Under the pieces are notes generated by a model. It did no database searches, was not told the DNA's origin, and saw only the letters and a program-made list of their open reading frames with translations. Shown here piece by piece: positions 43,660-55,789 of a DNA stretch of 64,000 nt. This stretch comes from Octopus vulgaris (Eukaryota), in the NCBI GenBank assembly GCA_951406725.2, contig OX597819.1, forward strand, positions 118,916,001 through 118,980,000. Direction: 5' to 3'. How positions within the stretch are numbered: position 1 is the first letter of the stretch; every line of letters starts with the position of its first letter. A program made the position numbers and the translations under genes.

Positions 43660-44225
43660 TACGGGATCAGTTCAATAATTATCCGAATTTGCTTTTTATA
43701 AAGCCGCATGGACAAAATGATTTGTGTGTGAGCTGATGGCACTCGTACTACGAACGCAAGAAACTTTCTTGACGGTAGGCTGCGTCAGCCTGTTTTCGGC
43801 TGTTACGTTTAGAGTAAAGACGTGTAGTCGCGCTTACTGGATTCTCGTTTTCACCGAATGCATCAAGCAGATATAATGCGTCAAATTTCGCAACAAGCTT
43901 AGTGGTACTCAAATTCAAAGCATGTAGAAAATTTGGCAGACACTCAGATGCATGCAGAAGATCTGAGCAAACCCCAGATCAAGAAGGTGTACAACCGCTT
44001 CAAACAGGATCGCAACAAAGTGGAGAGCGATGCTCGCTCACGCAGGTCATCCAGAAGCCGAAACAATGAACCAATTGATAATATATAGCGAATAGTCATG
44101 AAAATGATAATGAAGTGGGAATAAGACTAAGGTTAATTCATTCAATTTGCGCAGGTGAGTGGCGGCAAAATTTGTTCCCATGGTGCTGGTTGAACAACAA
44201 GCAGATCCTCACAGAAATGCCCGAC
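43660..44225 (+). mobile_element. mariner transposase 5' remnant
   Basis: reads YNRFKQDRNKVESDARSRRSSRSRN (cf. WxxRFKxGRxSVEDDxRSGRP) and VAAKFVP (cf. WVPHEL region). Confidence 0.75.
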
Positions 44226-44233
44226 ACAGGAAT

Positions 44234-44470
44234 AAGGCGGTGAGCTGGCAGAAACGTTAGCACGCCGGGCGAAATGCTTAGCTGTATTTCGTCAGTCATT
44301 ACGTTCCGAGTTCAAATTCCGCCGAGGTTGACTTTGCCTTTCATCCTTTCAGGGTTGATAAATTAAGTACCAGTTACGCACTGGGGTCGATGTAATCGAC
44401 TTTATACGTTTGTCTGTCCTTGTTTGTCCCCTCTATGTTTAGCCCCTTGTGGGCAATAGAGAAATAAGAA
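44234..44470 (+). mobile_element. SINE family B
   Basis: AAGGCGGTGAGCTGGCAGAAACGTTAGC..GAGTTCAAATTCC (B box)..GACTTTGCCTTTCATCCTTTC..AGCCCCTTGTGGGC..GAAATAAG. Confidence 0.92.
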
Positions 44471-45074
44471 ATACTGGACTGCACTAAGCACGATCCAGAC
44501 GTCACATAAAACATCGTCACAGTGAATAGATATAGGTTTATGAAGTCTACTCGATGCTACGTTCATCTTGCCGGAAAACGAAAGTCGAACGAGTGTGAAC
44601 AACACGACTGTACTTTAAGCGCGTTTATCGGTGCGGGAGTTTTACTACGTGCACAGGAATGCTTGCGTAACCTACCACCAAGACGGTTTTGCGCATGTGA
44701 CGTGGGCTTTGGTGGGGAAACTGGATGCCGGATAGTGTTTGAACGCACCTCGTATACTTGCTTTTATTAATATCGTCTCAAAATATTGTCACTGCATTTC
44801 GAATATGATCCTGTTCTCTAAGTGGGAAGGATTCCCTTTTACTAAGTAGCCTTCTGAAATGTTACCTGAATATCAAGTGTTTATTTCTGAATAAACCTCA
44901 GATTAGTTATTAGCATTAATTTTCATTCGTATTTTAGTCTGATATCGCAAAGAATTTGAGGGATGCCTGTATTTCGCTCTAAGACGTCTCCGTAATCTCA
45001 ATCTGAAAATCAAATTTTCACGATTGCAGCACTCTAAATGATATTTTTGTGCACTTCAGACAGAGCGATCAACA

Positions 45075-45306
45075 GGCGGCGAGCTGGCAGAAATGTTAGC
45101 ACGACGGGCGAAATAGTTAGCGGTATTCCGTCTGCTGCTACGTTCTGAGTTCACATTCCGCCGAGGTTGACTTTGCCTTTCATCCTATCGGGTTCGATTA
45201 AATAAGTACCAGTTACGCACTGGGGTCGATATAATCGACTTAAGCCGTTTTTCTGTCCTTGTTTGTCCCCTCTGTGTGTAGCCACTTGTGAGCACTAAAG
45301 AAATAA
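45075..45306 (+). mobile_element. SINE family B with TSD
   Basis: matches the 44234 copy; flanks AGAGCGATCAACA / AGAGCTATCAACA. Confidence 0.93.
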
Positions 45307-45471
45307 GAGCTATCAACATTATTTAGAGAACTACATGTGCAGTATCCATTATTTACTCACAAGACAGATAAAATACTTCAAGATTGATAAAAAATATGAG
45401 AGCCTCATGTAACAGCTACTAACAACTTCAAAATTGTCGACTTTTGTAATTATTAACGTAGTCAGATACCT

Positions 45472-45700
45472 ATTTCTTTACTACCCACAAGGGGCTAAAC
45501 ACAGAGAGGACAAACAAGGACAAACAGATTCAGTCGATTATATCGACCCCAGTGCGTAATTAGTACTTATTTAATCGACCCCGAAAAGATGAAAGGCAAA
45601 GTCGACCTCGGCGGAATTTGAACTCAGAACGTAACGGCTGATTAGATACTGGTACGCATTTCGTCCGGCGTGCTAACGTTTCTGCCAGCTCGCCGCCTTA
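45472..45700 (-). mobile_element. SINE family B with TSD
   Basis: reverse-complement match; 14-bp TSD GTAGTCAGATACCT at 45458-45471 and 45701-45714. Confidence 0.95.
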
Positions 45701-46153
45701 GTAGTCAGATACCTGACTGACGGATCTCGGATATATCGGTGTACCAAGCAATATTAAGAGAACTGAAACAAAGCATAAAAGCAAATTGTCTTCATTAAGA
45801 AGATAGTGTATATTGAGTAACTACCACCTCAGCCCTGGAGACAATTTTGAAAGGAAAGCTAATCAGTTTTAGTGCTCTATCGTATAAAGATATTTTTACT
45901 AATAGAATTATACAGAACCTCCCATAGCTATGACTTCATTAATTGCCGTAACATAAAAAGTCAGTACACATGCCTTAGACAACGTCACTTCTAATGGTGA
46001 AACCTTCAACGGAAACTCAGATGCGTACACGTACATGTGTACATACTAAGAGAGATAAAGTCTCCATCCTGAACTATTTAAATGTAGACACACAGATACA
46101 CACACTCATTCACACACACTCAAGCAATCGTGTGGGTGCATGGACACACACAT

Positions 46154-46213
<60 letters not shown>

Positions 46214-46229
46214 TATTATTTTATTATGC

Positions 46230-46500
46230 GCCCTTTTCAAGCCTAACCAGGCTCATGGGCCCTGTTTCCCGGTTTCTGTGGCGTATGTGTTCCCCCCAAT
46301 TGGACGGGACTCCAGTCCATCGCAGAGTTACTCAAGAAAGAGGAAGAAAGCGTGAGAAAAAGTTGGGGCAAAAGAGTGCAACAGGGGTCGCCACCGACCC
46401 CTGTCGGAGCCCCGTGGAGCTTTAGGTGTTTTCGCTCAATAAACACACTCAACGACATGTCTGGGAATCGAAACCGAGATCCTCCTACCGCGAGGCAGCT
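46230..46500 (-). mobile_element. SINE family C-related copy
   Basis: shares GGCTCAT.GGCC.GTTTCCCGGTTTC and CGTGGAGCTT(T)AGGTGTTT(T)CGCTCA.TAAACACAC with 17565-17847. Confidence 0.85.
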
Positions 46501-46678
46501 GCCACACACACACATATGTATATATCCGTAAATATATCAATTACTACCGTAAGTATGAAAGTAATGAATTAAAATAATTTATTACCAGTCGTTAGCTTGC
46601 ATAATTAAAAGTCATCAAATATTTTTAAAAATATAAGACTAAATAAAATATTTTTATAGTTAGTTAGTTAGTTATATC

Positions 46679-46880
46679 CAGAGAGGAGACCATGGACATG
46701 CTACAAAGGCCAACCCAAACCACTAAAAAGAGTATTCATGAGGCACGCCAATTATAACACTAGAACGAATAAAAATGAATTAATTTCGTTCGTTTTAATG
46801 TTGTAATTGGCGTGTCTCATGAATTCTCTTTTCGTGGTTTCGAGTTTTGTAAGGAGTCCTATCAATGGTCTCCTCTTTCT
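46679..46880. repeat. imperfect palindrome of about 200 bp
   Basis: AGAGGAGACCAT..AAACCAC..AAAAGAG.ATTCATGAGGCACGCCAATTATAACA pairs with TGTTGTAATTGGCGTGTCTCATGAATTCTCTTTT.GTGGTTT..ATGGTCTCCTCT. Confidence 0.85.
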
Positions 46881-46914
46881 GCACAAATATATGTTATACA
46901 CTCTTGTATACATG

Positions 46915-46985
<71 letters not shown>

Positions 46986-47081
46986 CTATATCTGTATGTG
47001 TGTGTGGATATATCTATGTATATATGCATGTATATATATATATATATATATATATCTATATCCTGTATACCTATATATATA

Positions 47082-47118
<37 letters not shown>

Positions 47119-47989
47119 TGTATATCTATATATATATCTATATATCTATCTATCTATATATATATATATATATATAAATGAGTATTCTTATTTGGATAGA
47201 AATAGATGCACGAGGAAAATTTGAAATCGGGGACCGACAAGATTAATACAATTCCATGGAGAATAGTATGTAAGCGAATCTGTTGTTTCGTGACAAAGAA
47301 ATTTGAACACTGACAAACGCATTCACACAGTTGAGACGAAGTCATACGATTCAGGGTTTGTAGTTGCTGAATTGTTTTATAATTAGAATGGATACTATAA
47401 TTGAAGTCGTGTATACGCTGGGAAAACAGCCATTCACTAAGATGAATCCTCTGAAGAAAATTAGTCTTTAGTTTGTATAGATGCTTAATCGCTATCACTC
47501 CAATACATTGAAACTAATAATTCTCTTGGGAATGCATAAAAATACCAAATTAAATACTGTAAAAATCTAAGACGTTTCCTAATCATTTAGTCGGAAATTA
47601 CGTTTAATCTATTCTATCGAATTCAATTTGAAATAATTCCAACAGGTATTTTTTTTTAAACCATTAACGTAATTCGACATTATATTTTTATTTATAATTT
47701 GTTCTGTACGACCGAGATAACACTAATGGTATAGCGTTGTGTTTGTAGTCAATATAGCTACTATATATATTTCGCAGACAAAGTCGATCAGGCACGCTGA
47801 AAAAAATGAATCACAACAATTAATATGAGCATTGCTACGAAAGCTTTTCCAACGACAGTAATAAACTTTTGACAACGTATTTCATAATATAACGAGTGTT
47901 GTGGAATGCTTTTTGATAATTAAGGCGAATTTTAAATTCCCCAAATCACCACAACAAATCATTCCACAACATCTCCCTATCTTACCCCT

Positions 47990-49320
47990 TTTTCAGAATT
48001 GAACTCCGCTACGAGTTTCAATATCTTTTATGCTTAGGGTTAAATTCCAGTGTTTCCGTTATTTTCTGGTTTCTCGCGCTAGGACGTGTAGTATTAAATT
48101 GTTTGGTCGTTGGTACCTAAAAGGTGCTTTACAAAACTTCCAAGCGGATTACATTTCTCATAACCGTTTTTGCGTGAATCATTTTTCTCTTGGTTAATAT
48201 GTCTTTTGTGTTCGACATTTTCTCCTTTTACCAGGAATATCACTCTTCTAATTTGCTGAATAATTAAATCATCCTCCCAGCTTCCCTTGCCATATTTATA
48301 GACTTAAAAAACAATTTGTCATATAACTTGAAGAATTTTGAAGTGTTTTTGTTGTTCGACTTTTTTTATTTTCTCTAGGTGTCAGCTTACCAAAAACGGA
48401 TCTGACCTTCCTAGCAAACAGCAATTTTGCAGGTAACATTCCCTCCCGTTTATTCAGATTAGGTGTTACTCGGTATACACTTAGAAATTGTTAGAGTGCA
48501 TGATCGTCCATAGCTTCATTCTTCACTCTTTTCAACACATTCTTGAATTTGTCAACAAAACGATCAGCTTGTCTAGTTAACCTAGGATGATGACATGTTC
48601 GATGCCGAGTGGTGACATGCCGAGCATCTTACAAAATTTTCCGAACTCGTCAGACGTAAATTTAATTCCATTATTAGACACAATGGTATCCGGATTGACA
48701 AACCTGGGGAACAATTTGAGTAAAAAACTTATGGTAACCGCATATGTCAGCTTTTTACATTCATGCACTTCCTGCCAGTTTGGAATACTATCCACCACAA
48801 CAAGGTAAATGGACCTGCGTAATCAAGATGCAGCCTGACCTATGGAACATCTGATTTTGGTCACGGTTGATATTTAACGATATGTGCATTTGCAGCTAAG
48901 GCACACCCTCTGTCTGCTTTCTTCGAATCTTCAATATTACCGTCCATAAGTGACCAGTATATATAACTCCTCATCAACGATTTCCTTCTCGAAATCCCTG
49001 GGTGTCCAATATGAAATTCATTTAATAATCCTTTTTTAGTGAGGCTGGCACTACGACTCTTTTGTGCATTTATCAACACATTGTTGCACAGAGAGAAATG
49101 ATTCACATTTGAGTTTCGTACATTTTTCGTCTTTTTTAGCCTTTAGTGATTCTTTCATATTGATACTGAATTTATAGTTTACCGAATTTGATCTTATGTC
49201 CCGCAAAGAAACTAGCAGTTCACGAGTGAAGTTGCACAAAACATTTTAAATTTCCTTTTCCGCTAGCAAAGCAGCAATCACGGTATCTTCAAATTTTCCA
49301 CATTTTTCGAGATCAGTCTT
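47990..49320 (-). mobile_element. Ty3/Gypsy LTR retrotransposon integrase remnant
   Basis: FHIGHPGISRRKSLMRSYIYW (HHCC zinc region), RLHLDYAGP, VVDS, PRFVNPDTIVSNNGIKFTS (cf. RFGxPxxIVSDNGxQFTS). Confidence 0.9.
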
Positions 49321-49354
49321 CATATATTTAGAAGGCTTGGAGTTGATGTACAGG

Positions 49355-49624
49355 TATTATATATTAGAAAAAATAATGTACTCAGAAATCTGGATTGTTG
49401 TACATTTACATATTTTTATTAATATGTCACATGTTTTTATAAATCATATATTAGCGCTTGCATCTATTTTACTAGTTTCTTCAGATAAGAAGAATCTGAA
49501 GAATCTTCTAGAGTAGATGCAAGCTATATAAATATGAATTATAAAAACATGTGACACATTAATAAAAATCTGTAAATGTAAAAATATCCAGAATTCTGAG
49601 TACATTGTTTTTTCTAATATAATA
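49355..49624. repeat. AT-rich palindrome of about 270 bp next to (TA)n
   Basis: TATATTAGAAAAAATAATGTACTCAGAA..TGTCACATGTTTTTATAA..GCTTGCATCTA..TTCTTCAGAT is mirrored after a short loop at about 49486-49492. Confidence 0.9.
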
Positions 49625-51276
49625 TATATATATATATATATAACTTCCCATAGAACTTTGAAGAAAAATTTAGATCATCATAATTTTGTGCTAGAGAAGC
49701 ATTTATTTAAAGGAAAGAGTTTTAAGCTTAGTATTAAAACGTTTCTTTGACGCTCTCTATTCTCAGAATCCCTAACAGTGAATCGCTCAAAAGCAAAACG
49801 TTTGCTCGCAAAATATGTATAGGCTACACACTTTTGAGAAATTAATTAGTAATGCGAGACATTTCTTTGCTGATAGCATTTCCAGTTCAAAAGGTTAGTT
49901 TTGATTTGGCATTCTTTGTGAAGGCCAAACATACCAGTGGCCAGTCTTTTGAATTAGAAACGAATTCAAACTTTAGAGCCTTATCAAGTTAGAGGTGATT
50001 CATAACACAGTATTTCTTCTGTTAATGGGGATGCAGCTTGATGCCATATTAAAATTAATGAAGGTATTGATCTTGTTGCGGATAGGGATAAATGGTGAAA
50101 TCAGATTGGCTTGTGTCGAGGGCACATTATCTTCTAAGCTGCAGTCTTCACATAGAATCGGGCGAGGATGTCAAACAGGAAATAAATCTAATTGAAGATA
50201 AAATATCTTAAAACAATTTAGAATCTCCAGAGACATGTGTTCGTTAGAACGAACTTAAAATAAAGTAATAATAATACCATTGCGCATTCGAGAATTTATA
50301 TCTTAGAGGTACACATCAAAAGTTTATATACTCGCAATCGCATCTGCTTGTTAAACAATAGGAAGTTTAATTCAAACAAGATATTTATAAATATTCATGA
50401 AACGAAAAAGCTATTTGATTTAAGCCTACTGTTGTGTAAATATTGTAATGCGAAGTGTTTCCATTAATGACTTTCAAGATTTTAATGCAGAACCAGTACA
50501 TGCTTGTCATTTAACAGAGTTATTAATCCAATAACATTGAACGTGATATTCACGCGGGCGCGCATGCGCAAACACACATATATCTATCTACTCTATGTGC
50601 ACACAAAACCATACAAATTCAGATACATGCGCACCCGCTCACTATCTCTCTATTTTCCTTTCACATACATGTAAGAACAGAACTGAACGTCAAGCAAATT
50701 AATAATGGAGGAATAATTTATTTACTACAGATTTCAACGCCTTGAAGGCATGTGCGAAAGATTTGACAATTTAAAACAGTAAATTATTATAAAAGTATGC
50801 TTTTAATTCAGGTAAGAATTCTGTGCCTCTTATTCTACTGAAATGAAGGGACAGACGTTGTGTGCTTACAACACGGAAGCTGGTGTGAATATATGCACAG
50901 AATAGACGGAAATCAGGTGAAGCTGGTGTCGAAATGGTAAGAGTTTACATCTAGAACACAAGGAGATTTTGGTATTTTTCAAAATCAGAACGCAAATAGT
51001 AAAAATTCCAACATCCAGTTCAGTCAACACAATGCTTGGATTCGAAGACTTTTATATGATATGATATATGGACAAGAAAATTGACATACTCGGGATTTGA
51101 ACAGAAAGTGTAGAGGAAAAGATCGAATACAGTGAGACGTTCATTCTCAACGAACGTATCACCCTGTCTGATTCTTCTCTCTCTTTTTCTCTCAACACAA
51201 ACAGACACATGTATGTACGTATGTACATACAAACTTACATACATACATACATACATACATGCACATATATATATAC

Positions 51277-51322
<46 letters not shown>

Positions 51323-51439
51323 CAAAGAGCAATAAAGATTCAAGTCAATTTTAATGAATTTACTTGATTATGGTACCTAACTTAGATGCACCTAAAAACT
51401 ATACGGTTATAACCATACAGTAATGTGGGGTGATTATAA

Positions 51440-52075
51440 GCGAGAAAGAAGCAACAAGAATGGATAAGTTTTTAGTACAATCGTTTCATACAAAGACAGG
51501 CTTTATTAAAAGTTGCAAAAATTGCAGCATATAAACGTGTCCCGTACTCATCAGCTAAAATACATGTGAGTTCTCTAGACATCTTAGTGGTTGAGGCTAT
51601 ACTCATGAAGTAATGTAGATAATTAAGTAACATAAACAGATTTCCAAAGTTCATTAAAGTTCTTTAAAGATGATGCACAGCCTTATCACAGATTTTAAAA
51701 AAAGTTTTAATAGCATCACAGAGAAGGTGACTTAATCCATAGTGTACGTATGCATTTCCAGAGATATGAGGAGGGATTACATACTCACAGACAACAAATT
51801 TATCCATGGCTAATCACAACGAAGTGGGTATCAATTCCTGCTTATTAGCATTACAGAGAGGGTGAATTAATCCTTTGTATAGGTGCACAATTTCCAATGG
51901 TGTATATGTAAATTTCCAGAGAAATGAAGAGGAATTTCATATTCACAGACGATAAATTTATCAATGGTTGAACACAATGAGGTAGGTATCAATTCTTGCT
52001 ATATGATTAGGTATTTGCCACATTGATCATATTACTGCTATTTTCAAGAGACTGTAGCTATTTGACTTTTAAAGG
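51440..52075 (-). repeat. left arm of 636-bp inverted repeat (pseudo-LTR)
   Basis: reverse complement of 53426-54061 with about 8 substitutions counted by eye; identical 60-aa ORF translation in both arms. Confidence 0.97.
51470..51560 (-). ncRNA. type I hammerhead ribozyme, long stem II
   Basis: reverse complement of 53941-54031. Confidence 0.8.
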
Positions 52076-53049
52076 CTGAATGGCTTTCTAGAGATGCAAA
52101 GAACAGAAAGGGAAGGAAAGAGAGGAAAAGAGAGAAAATAAAGGAGGAGGGAGCAAAAAGGGGGGGGGACTAAAAGAAAAGATAAAAGAAAAAGAAAAAG
52201 AAAAAGGAAAAAAGAGAATAAGAAGAAGAAATAGAAAAAAGAGAAAAGAGAAAGAAAAGAAAGAGGGAAAGAAGGGAGAAAAGAAAAAGAAAAAGAGGGT
52301 TCTAGTTATACAGAAGAATTAGTAGACGGCAAGTCTGGTTTTAATTTGCAGGCATCTAGGAACTAGAGGAGAATATTATTCCTTGACCAGTAAAACAGCT
52401 AATTTATTGCTAACGTGACGCCGTTGAAAGCAGCTATGAATTTAAAGAGAATCTAAAGAGATAACAAGGTCAGGGGTATAGGGGTCAAAGGCTAAAATCA
52501 AAAGAAAATACATTAGGAAAATGTAAGTATAATCTTATCAAAAAGTCATTAAAATTTATTTATTTAATTTAATCGTTTTACTGTCTTAAGGAGTTGCCGT
52601 TATTATTCATACATTGCCGGACTACAGGTCAAATCTTAGAAGATCATTTACAAGGTGTTAGGCAATTGTCTATCATAATGAAGATATTCATACTATCATC
52701 GAGGGAGTAGCCTTATTTATTTAATTTTGAAATAGAATTATGAGGCAATAGTAACTTATTTTATTTTATTAAAGTTATGTTACTTAAATTGGATTAAGTT
52801 AATAATTAAAAATTAAAAATTAAAATTAAGATTTAAAATTAAGATTTAAAATTATGAATTTGAAATTAAATAAAGCTTCATTTAAGCAGCGTACAAGTAC
52901 TATTTATTTCCCTGTTCTCAAAAAACTGGTGCAGATATAAGGAAAAAGATAACTGTAGTGTGAGAACTCTTAGTTATCTACTTAAAGCAGTGCTATACTA
53001 GTAAAAATCAAGTTATATCTATCTATCTATCTAGTTACGAATATTCTAA

Positions 53050-53424
53050 TCATTTAAAATATTTTAAAGTATTCAATTTAGCGTGGACACAAACTTGACC
53101 TAGTTCGATATGGTTATTCAATAAGTTTCTATGTTTTCTATGCTTTAGAATTTCATACGTCTCCATGGTGCATAGTTGGCAACCAACCCTGCTATTTTTA
53201 TACGGAATTGCTCTCCTAACTATTTCCCAATTAAGGTTATAATTATTGTTATTATTTTTGAGTTCCCAGCTTTTGTTTGAAAGTGTGGTGGTACCAGCTT
53301 TATGACGTAATTTAAAAGACGAGATGTGGTTTCTAACTCTGGCTAGAAAATTAATTGTACATCCAATGTAAAAATATTTGTTATTCTCCGTGGATATGGT
53401 ACATTTCTAGATTACGTTATTTTC
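53050..53424 (-). pseudogene. Penelope/Neptune-type GIY-YIG endonuclease domain (125 codons, one internal stop)
   Basis: manual translation ENNVI*KCTISTENNKYFYIGCTINFLARVRNHISSFKLRHKAGTTTLSNKSWELKNNNNNYNLNWEIVRRAIPYKNSRVGCQLCTMETYEILKHRKHRNLLNNHIELGQVCVHAKLNTLKYFK*. Confidence 0.88.
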
Positions 53425-53425
53425 C

Positions 53426-54061
53426 CCTTTAAAAGTCAAATAGCTACAGTCTCTTGAAAATAGCAGTAATGTGATTAATGTGGCAAATACCTAATCATAT
53501 AGCAAGAATTGATACCTACCTCATTGTGTTCAACCATTGATAAATTTATCGTCTGTGAATATGAAATTCCTCTTCATTTCTCTGGAAATTTACATATACA
53601 CCATTGGAAATTGTGCACCTATACAAAGGATTAATTCACCCTCTCTGTAATGCTAATAAGCATGAATTGATACCCACCTCGTTGTGATTAGCCATGGATA
53701 AATTTGTCGTCTGTGAGTATGTAATCCCTCCTCATATCTCTGGAAATGCATACGTACACTATGGATTAGGTCACCTTCTCTGTGATGCTATTAAAACTTT
53801 TTTAAAAATCTGTGATAAGGCTGTGCATCATCTTTAAAGAACTTTAATGAACTTTGGAAATCTGTTTATGTTACTTAATTATCTACATTACTTCATGAGT
53901 ATAGCCTCAACCACTAAGATGTCTAGAGAACTCACATGCATTTTAGCTGATGAGTACGGGACACGTTTATATGCTGCAATTTTTGCAACTTTTAATAAAG
54001 CCTGTCTTTGTATGAAACGATTGTACTAAAAACTTATCCATTCTTGTTGCTTCTTTCTCGC
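53426..54061 (+). repeat. right arm of 636-bp inverted repeat (inverted pseudo-LTR)
   Basis: see left arm. Confidence 0.97.
53941..54031 (+). ncRNA. type I hammerhead ribozyme, long stem II
   Basis: stem I UUUUAG/CUAAAA; core CUGAUGA (53947-53953); stem II GUACGGGACA...UGUCUUUGUAU with inner UUUAU/AUAAA and UGCAA/UUGCA; GAAA (54014-54017); stem III ACGAUUGU; GUA cleavage after 54025. Confidence 0.82.
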
Positions 54062-54108
<47 letters not shown>

Positions 54109-54631
54109 CACACACACACACATATATATATATATCAGAAAATATAATTCGACATATAGTTCATAATTCAATACTGATGTACATGTTTCATTAACATAAA
54201 CATTGTAAATATGTCATTACATAACTGTCACAGATAGTTAATTTAAATTAAATGTGTATTAATTAAATTCCATTCGGATTGTTACGCTTTGTACCGAACA
54301 GAGGCAATTGTTACTGCTTCAAATATATTGAAGCAATGAAACATTTTGCAGTATGTGTGAAATGTATGAACAACTGTAGATAAATATTGAAGAGAAATTT
54401 ATACTGTAGACATCTATCCAAATAGTAAGCTAGAATGCCGACAATTTTGTATCTTAGACGATTTTTTACGATTATTTTATTTCAAGATATGCATGGAATG
54501 AGTGCTGCTACAGTATTGCGTTCTTTTACATGATCCTTCATTCTTTATTTATGTGCATTCCTTCTTATATATCAATACGTATTCATGACGTATACCCATT
54601 TTAGCACGTAGAAGTAGGATAATTTAAGTTT

Positions 54632-54710
<79 letters not shown>

Positions 54711-54712
<2 letters not shown>

Positions 54713-55150
54713 TCAAGTATTACATCAGTTTTAAAATGCCGAGCGATCTTCAGCTACATATAGAATTTTCCAATCAAACGGACAATAAACATTCTTATAC
54801 ATATTTCATTCGCCAACATTATAAAGAGGGTAGATATATAGACAGAGAGGTTGATTTCATTCTTAAGAACAAGATAGTAGTATATTCACTCTCTGAATTT
54901 ATAATGTGCATTGTCCGTTTGATTGGAAAATCATATAAGTGGCTGAATATTGCTTGACATTTTAAAACTGATGTAATACTTACAGTGTTTAATAAAATGA
55001 AGTAGCAGGAAACAACTGTACTACTCTACCTTGGATATACTTGTTGCTTATTTTGATTATAATCACCCCATTTGATTTATATGGATAATACCATACAAAA
55101 TTCTGGTGCCTTTGACTTAAGTACCATATTCATCTGAATTTTGCTGAAGT
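54711..55150 (+). mobile_element. older PLE pseudo-LTR remnant with inverted duplication and degenerate long-stem-II hammerhead
   Basis: 54715-54793 is inverted at 54903-54981; hammerhead-like 54938-55025; 55056-55150 resembles the reverse complement of 51345-51439 (TTATAATCACCCCA...GTACCATA). Confidence 0.65.
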
Positions 55151-55789
55151 TTGCATCAGAGAAATTTTTATATGTTGTTATATCTTAATAAAATTATTAT
55201 ACGTACACTGTAGTCATACGCCATATCGCAGTTCAACTATCACGCCCTCAGTACATCGTGGATTATTCTGGCTAATATAGGCAAATTCATGTGGCGGACT
55301 CCTCAGTATATGGTCGGGTTCTGCGGCCGACAGAAGTTTATCCTCTTTTAGATTTTAATTGTTTCTGTGATGAAATAATCATTTTCAAGCCTGAAAATTT
55401 AAAAGCTAATAAACGAAAATGTTTTACAGTACTGCTCAATATAACCCATTATTTAAAATATATTAAAATAAAATTCGTAGTGTTCTGTAGATGAGCAAAC
55501 AAAAAATCGCACACAATGTATGGAAAACGAAATTTAGGAATCGAGTGTTTGGTGTTGTTTTGCGTTTAAAATAAAATAATAATATACAAATTATAAATAT
55601 AACAAAACCAATATACAGTGCAGTACTCATCCTAATTCGCAGATTTTCACGTATCGTTTAGGTTTGAGAGCGTATGACCTGCGATAATCGAGGGTGTACT
55701 GCATACGTTTGATTTGAGATTTATGTGTGTGCATATGCACATGCAGAAGAGTTAAAACACGTGTGTTTGTGTTTACGTATATATATAAA

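Larger units (their letters stand above)
51321..54061 (-). mobile_element. young 5'-truncated Penelope-like element with inverted pseudo-LTR, inserted in (TA)n
   Basis: inverted arms, a hammerhead in each arm, a GIY-YIG frame in the spacer, and (TA)n on both flanks. Confidence 0.88.

Noticed and set aside
51472-51654. Identical 60-aa ORF on opposite strands (also 53847-54029)
   Set aside because: A by-product of the inverted repeat; it overlaps the hammerhead and has no recognisable domain
51440-54061. Bias of arm-to-arm differences toward A>G/T>C as a fossil A-to-I editing signature
   Set aside because: Only about 8 differences and no outgroup for polarity; ordinary transitions explain them
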